A stretch of 64,000 nucleotides of DNA, taken from the NCBI GenBank assembly GCA_965263355.1, contig CBDHHL010000032.1:3584001-3648000 (forward strand), written 5' to 3'. A program made the translations under genes and the position numbers. This document shows positions 60,225-64,000 of this stretch, piece by piece. The DNA is from Leptolyngbyaceae cyanobacterium. Its GTDB lineage: Bacteria; Cyanobacteriota; Cyanobacteriia; Phormidesmidales; Phormidesmidaceae. The notes beneath the pieces were generated by a model that saw only the letters and a list, made by a program, of their open reading frames with translations, was not told the DNA's origin and made no database searches. Position 1 is the stretch's first letter; every line of letters starts with the position of its first letter.

Positions 60225-60902
60225 ATGATTGCTCCGTCTTGCGCGATCGCAATTGATGATTTGCACTTTAGTTGGGACTCAGGCGCATCGGTGCTCGCTG
60301 GATGTTCATTGCAGGTCCAGCCTGGAGAGTTCTGTATGCTTTTGGGCACCAACGGGAGTGGTAAATCAACTCTACTCAGGTTATTGGCAGGGCTGTTAGA
60401 TGCTCCCCAAGGTTCTATCCATTTGCAAAAACCGGTGGGTTTTGTATTTCAAAATCCAGATCATCAGCTGGTGATGCCCACCGTTGGGGCTGATGTTGCC
60501 TTTGGTCTGGTTGACGAAGAGCTGCCCTATGAAGTAGTGCGTAGGCGAGTTGATGAAGCGTTGACCATGGTTAATTTGCTACATCTGAAGCGTCGCCCTA
60601 TTTATGCCCTAAGCGGTGGACAAAAACAGCGAGTTGCGATCGCAGGGGCCCTTGCTCGACATTGCCGAGTATTGCTATTTGATGAGCCCACAGCCTTGCT
60701 GGATCCAGATAGCCAACTGGAGCTAGTTGTTCAGGTGCGCGATCTGGTCAAACGTCAGGGTATTACAGCCCTGTGGGTAACCCATCGATTAGGGGAATTA
60801 GACTATTGCGATCGCGCCATTTTGTTAGAGCAAGGCCGTGTAGCAACCGAAGGTGACCCTAATCAGGTCAAACAAGCCTTGAAAAATTTGCATTTAGCCT
60901 AA
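60225..60902 (+). CDS. ABC/ECF-type transporter ATP-binding protein
   Basis: 'GTNGSGKST', 'FQNPDHQ', 'LSGGQKQR', 'FDEPT'. Confidence 0.9.
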   Translation: MIAPSCAIAIDDLHFSWDSGASVLAGCSLQVQPGEFCMLLGTNGSGKSTLLRLLAGLLDAPQGSIHLQKPVGFVFQNPDHQLVMPTVGADVAFGLVDEELPYEVVRRRVDEALTMVNLLHLKRRPIYALSGGQKQRVAIAGALARHCRVLLFDEPTALLDPDSQLELVVQVRDLVKRQGITALWVTHRLGELDYCDRAILLEQGRVATEGDPNQVKQALKNLHLA

Positions 60903-60973
60903 GAAAAATCGTCAGGGATGCTTGTTACGTAGATAGCGAACGCTAAGCTAGAGGAAGCATAGACTGAGCTTAT

Positions 60974-61546
60974 ATGTTATCCAGGCACCCGCAGATGAAA
61001 GGTTCTACCTCCCAGGCAATTTTATTGGTCGATGGGTATAACGTGATTGGTGCCTGGCCTGATTTAAAGGAGCTGCGAGATTTTCAGGGTTTAGAGATCG
61101 CCCGCACTTGTTTGGCAGAGACCTTGGCCAACTACAGTGCTTATCGCGGATTTGAAACATTGCTGGTGTTTGACGCCTATGGTCAGCGTCAAACCCACCG
61201 CATTGAAAAATTTACTCAGCATCTCTCTATCCATTACACCAGTTTTGGGCAAACGGCTGACAGCTACATAGAAATTTCCTGTGCCAAATTTCGTAACGAT
61301 ATTCGTAAATTTGAGCAGCGATTAATTGTGGCTACCTCTGACCGGGCTCAGCAGCTTACCGTTATTGGATATGGTGCCGAATGGATGTCAGCGGCGCAAC
61401 TAAATGCGGACGTAAATCTTTCTGTACAGAAAGTCAAACACCGTCAAACGCCTCAGAAAAAGTCGAAGCAGCGATTTCTTTCCAAATCCTTGAATCCAGA
61501 GATGCAGGCCAAGTTGGCCAACTTGCGTTCTAAACTAATGGATTGA
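60974..61546 (+). CDS. NYN domain protein (YacP/Rae1-like ribonuclease)
   Basis: 'LLVDGYNVIG', 'LVFDAY', 'TADSYIE', 'VATSD'. Confidence 0.9.
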   Translation: MLSRHPQMKGSTSQAILLVDGYNVIGAWPDLKELRDFQGLEIARTCLAETLANYSAYRGFETLLVFDAYGQRQTHRIEKFTQHLSIHYTSFGQTADSYIEISCAKFRNDIRKFEQRLIVATSDRAQQLTVIGYGAEWMSAAQLNADVNLSVQKVKHRQTPQKKSKQRFLSKSLNPEMQAKLANLRSKLMD

Positions 61547-61683
61547 TGAGTCGTGCCTATTTCAATCACTCACCACTTACTGTCTTACGCTGTTTCAGGG
61601 TGGGATATTTGTCTAGGGCAAAATTAATAAAAATCTGCTTGCACAACTGCTACACAATTGCCTATATTAGTAAAGCTGAACAA

Positions 61684-61755
61684 TCCTCAGTAGCTCAGTG
61701 GTAGAGCGGTCGACTGTTAATCGATTGGTCGTAGGTTCGAATCCTACCTGGGGAG
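61684..61755 (+). tRNA. tRNA-Asn(GTT)
   Basis: TCCTCAG/CTGGGGA acceptor stem, anticodon loop CTGTTAA, GGTTCGAATCC T-arm. Confidence 0.96.
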
Positions 61756-62353
61756 TTTACAAAATGGTTCTTTGCTCGCTGAGCTGTATCTAGGCTGAGG
61801 TCGGTGTTTTCCCTAGCGGAAGGTTCTGGTTGCGAGCACTGACAAGACTTACGTACTTATCATACTTATCTGTACAGGCTAGGGGTGCTATTTGGCTATT
61901 TAGTACCTAACGGTTCCTAGTGCAGTGTCAACGCTAAAAATTAGAATTCTGTATTGATGAAGAGTAATGGGTAAAGCGTCATGCTTCATCCTGTTTGCCT
62001 CTTCACGCTTTACTAGCCTCATCCTAAATCTCTTAGGCTTGACAGACCATGAGTGGCTTTGACTGCTACTCTCTGCCCACCACTCACTGCCCTAAACTAA
62101 ATTTCTGCTCTAAGCCACTGCACTAGTCATACTTTGCCAGGCTTCTAGCGCAAGTACACTTAGCGCTATTACCTACGGCGCACCTATAACGTGAATTAAA
62201 CCTTAAGCTATTAGTTATGTAACTGATTGTAGAGATATTATATATTTGGGATACAATTTGTCTCTCATTCTAAATCGTTTATTTCTAAGGAGAGCAAATT
62301 AGGAAATCTGCTTAGGTTTTCAGGTCCTTCATAACAAATTCTCTCTCTTTAAG

Positions 62354-63088
62354 ATGCCTCGTATACTTGTCATCGACGATGATCCTGCTATTTCTGAACT
62401 GGTGGCGGTTAATTTAGAAATGGCTGGATATGATGTCAGTCAGGCTGAGGATGGCGTGAGGGGGCAAGCGCTTGCTGTGCAGCTCCTACCCGACCTAATC
62501 ATGCTTGATTTGATGTTACCTAAGGTAGACGGCCTTACCGTTTGCCAACGTGTTCGCCGTGATGAGCGAACAGCAGATATTCCGGTGTTAATGCTGACTG
62601 CCTTGGGGCAAACCCAGGATAAGGTAGACGGCTTTAATGCAGGGGCTGATGATTACCTCACAAAGCCGTTTGAGCTAGAGGAAATGTTGGCTCGAGTTAG
62701 GGCGTTGTTGCGACGTACTGATCGTATTCCCCAGGCCGCCAAGCATAGCGAGATTTTGAGCTACGGTCCTTTGACGTTAGTGCCTGAACGCTTTGAAGCT
62801 ATTTGGTTTGAGCGCACTGTTAAGTTGACCCACTTAGAATTTGAATTGCTTCACTGTCTTTTGCAACGTCACGGCCAGACGGTTGCCCCCAGCGAGATTT
62901 TGAAGGAAGTTTGGGGGTATGACCCGAACGATGACATCGAAACGATCCGTGTGCATATTCGTCATCTACGCACTAAGTTAGAACCAGATCCACGTCATCC
63001 CAAGTTTATTAAGACCGTTTACGGCGCTGGTTATTGTCTGGAGCTACCCCAAGATGATCAAGTTTTTTCTGGCCGTGCGGCTAGTTAG
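62354..63088 (+). CDS. rpaA: OmpR-family response regulator RpaA (circadian output regulator)
   Basis: '[26 protein letters not shown]...[16 protein letters not shown]...[12 protein letters not shown]...[13 protein letters not shown]'. Confidence 0.93.
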   Translation: MPRILVIDDDPAISELVAVNLEMAGYDVSQAEDGVRGQALAVQLLPDLIMLDLMLPKVDGLTVCQRVRRDERTADIPVLMLTALGQTQDKVDGFNAGADDYLTKPFELEEMLARVRALLRRTDRIPQAAKHSEILSYGPLTLVPERFEAIWFERTVKLTHLEFELLHCLLQRHGQTVAPSEILKEVWGYDPNDDIETIRVHIRHLRTKLEPDPRHPKFIKTVYGAGYCLELPQDDQVFSGRAAS

Positions 63089-63329
63089 GGTGTATCAAAT
63101 GATAAGCATTGGGAGAAAACGTCTGAGTGATTAGGTTTTATCGCTTGCTGTACGTTTGGAGGTATGGCATTACAGCACTTTTGATATGTATGAAAAGGGG
63201 GCCTTTGGGCTCCCTTTTTAATTGTTTCCAGTATGTCTCCTGCATAAATCAAATTAAAAAGCGGTCCTAGGCTTTTCCCTAGAGCCGCTTCGGATTTATT
63301 AACCCATTGTCTGTGGATTAATCTGATGT

Positions 63330-64000
63330 TTACTTAGTAATCGCTTCAACTGGGAAGTACTCAGCAGGTGCCAGGGCATTACCACGAATCAAGCTACCAA
63401 TGGTTTTGGCCGTAATTTTCATTTGGGTAATGGGGTTTGCAGGAACGACTGTTTTGTACAGGTAGCTGTCAAAGGTAAGCTTCTGGACATCAATATCAGA
63501 ACACATTTCTACAAATGCTTCGCGGGTAGCATCGGAACGATAGAAAACACGCTGCAGAATATCTAAAACTAGATAGGTAGCACCGTAGGTCTTGTCCCAG
63601 CGCTTGATGTAGGTTTTTAGATCCTTTTCGGTCAAGGCACGCTCACCACTGTTGGATAGTTCAACAATGGTCTCGGCACACATGCGACCAGACTTGGCAG
63701 CAAAGTAGATACCTTCACCAGACGACTTGGTAACGGTGCCAGCAGCATCGCCCACTAGCGCAACGCGACCAACCACACGACGAGGCCTGGGGTGCTCAGG
63801 GATGGGATGAGCTTCTACCTTAATGATTTCGCCACCTTCAAGGCGCTTGGCTGCCCGCTCGCGAATACCTTTCTGTAACTGTTTAATTTTGGCTTGATTT
63901 ACCCGCATGGTACCAGTACCTACGGCTACGTGATCGTACTTGGGGAATACCCAGGCATAAAAGTCAGGGGAAACGTCGTCGCCGACATACATTTCCGCTA
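63330..64000 (-). CDS. chlP: Geranylgeranyl reductase (3' part; start lies beyond the right edge)
   Basis: 'EMYVGDDVSPDFYAWVFPKYDHVAVGTG', 'GDAAGTVTKSSGEGIYFA'. Confidence 0.95.
   Translation of the reverse strand, partial: AEMYVGDDVSPDFYAWVFPKYDHVAVGTGTMRVNQAKIKQLQKGIRERAAKRLEGGEIIKVEAHPIPEHPRPRRVVGRVALVGDAAGTVTKSSGEGIYFAAKSGRMCAETIVELSNSGERALTEKDLKTYIKRWDKTYGATYLVLDILQRVFYRSDATREAFVEMCSDIDVQKLTFDSYLYKTVVPANPITQMKITAKTIGSLIRGNALAPAEYFPVEAITK

Overview
A 64-kb chromosomal segment from a cyanobacterium, most likely a filamentous Leptolyngbyaceae-type organism. Evidence: frequent HIP1 GCGATCGC octamers plus psbD, apcD, rpaA, chlP and a cyanobacterial Hfq. Most of the window is housekeeping: recO, pgl, aspC-type aminotransferase, argJ, accC, dapF, surE, lpxD, rlmD, purL, purF, a porin, tRNA-Leu(GAG) and tRNA-Asn(GTT). 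One accessory patch (about 11.4-17.3 kb) holds an RTX-repeat protein, a NaeI-type C5 methyltransferase divergent from an endonuclease-domain-only NaeI homologue, a VapC toxin/antitoxin pair, a Uma2 nuclease and a decayed second copy of the Uma2-3'-end/antitoxin cassette. The best unannotated signals are: (1) a ~100-nt candidate sRNA upstream of aspC with a 12-nt seed perfectly complementary to the ribosome-binding site of the porin gene 31 kb away; (2) a ~260-nt candidate transcript downstream of psbD with a near-full-length complement of the 16S 3' end in front of a 4-codon ORF; (3) a candidate sRNA before purL behind a perfect CRP box; (4) an FHA-FHA-LRAT/PspA-helix cluster that may be a phospho-regulated membrane-remodelling module; (5) a perfect 118-bp tandem duplication frameshifting a pterin dehydratase gene. 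No CRISPR array, rRNA, transposase or integrase was seen. All family assignments come from motif recognition by eye, not database searches.
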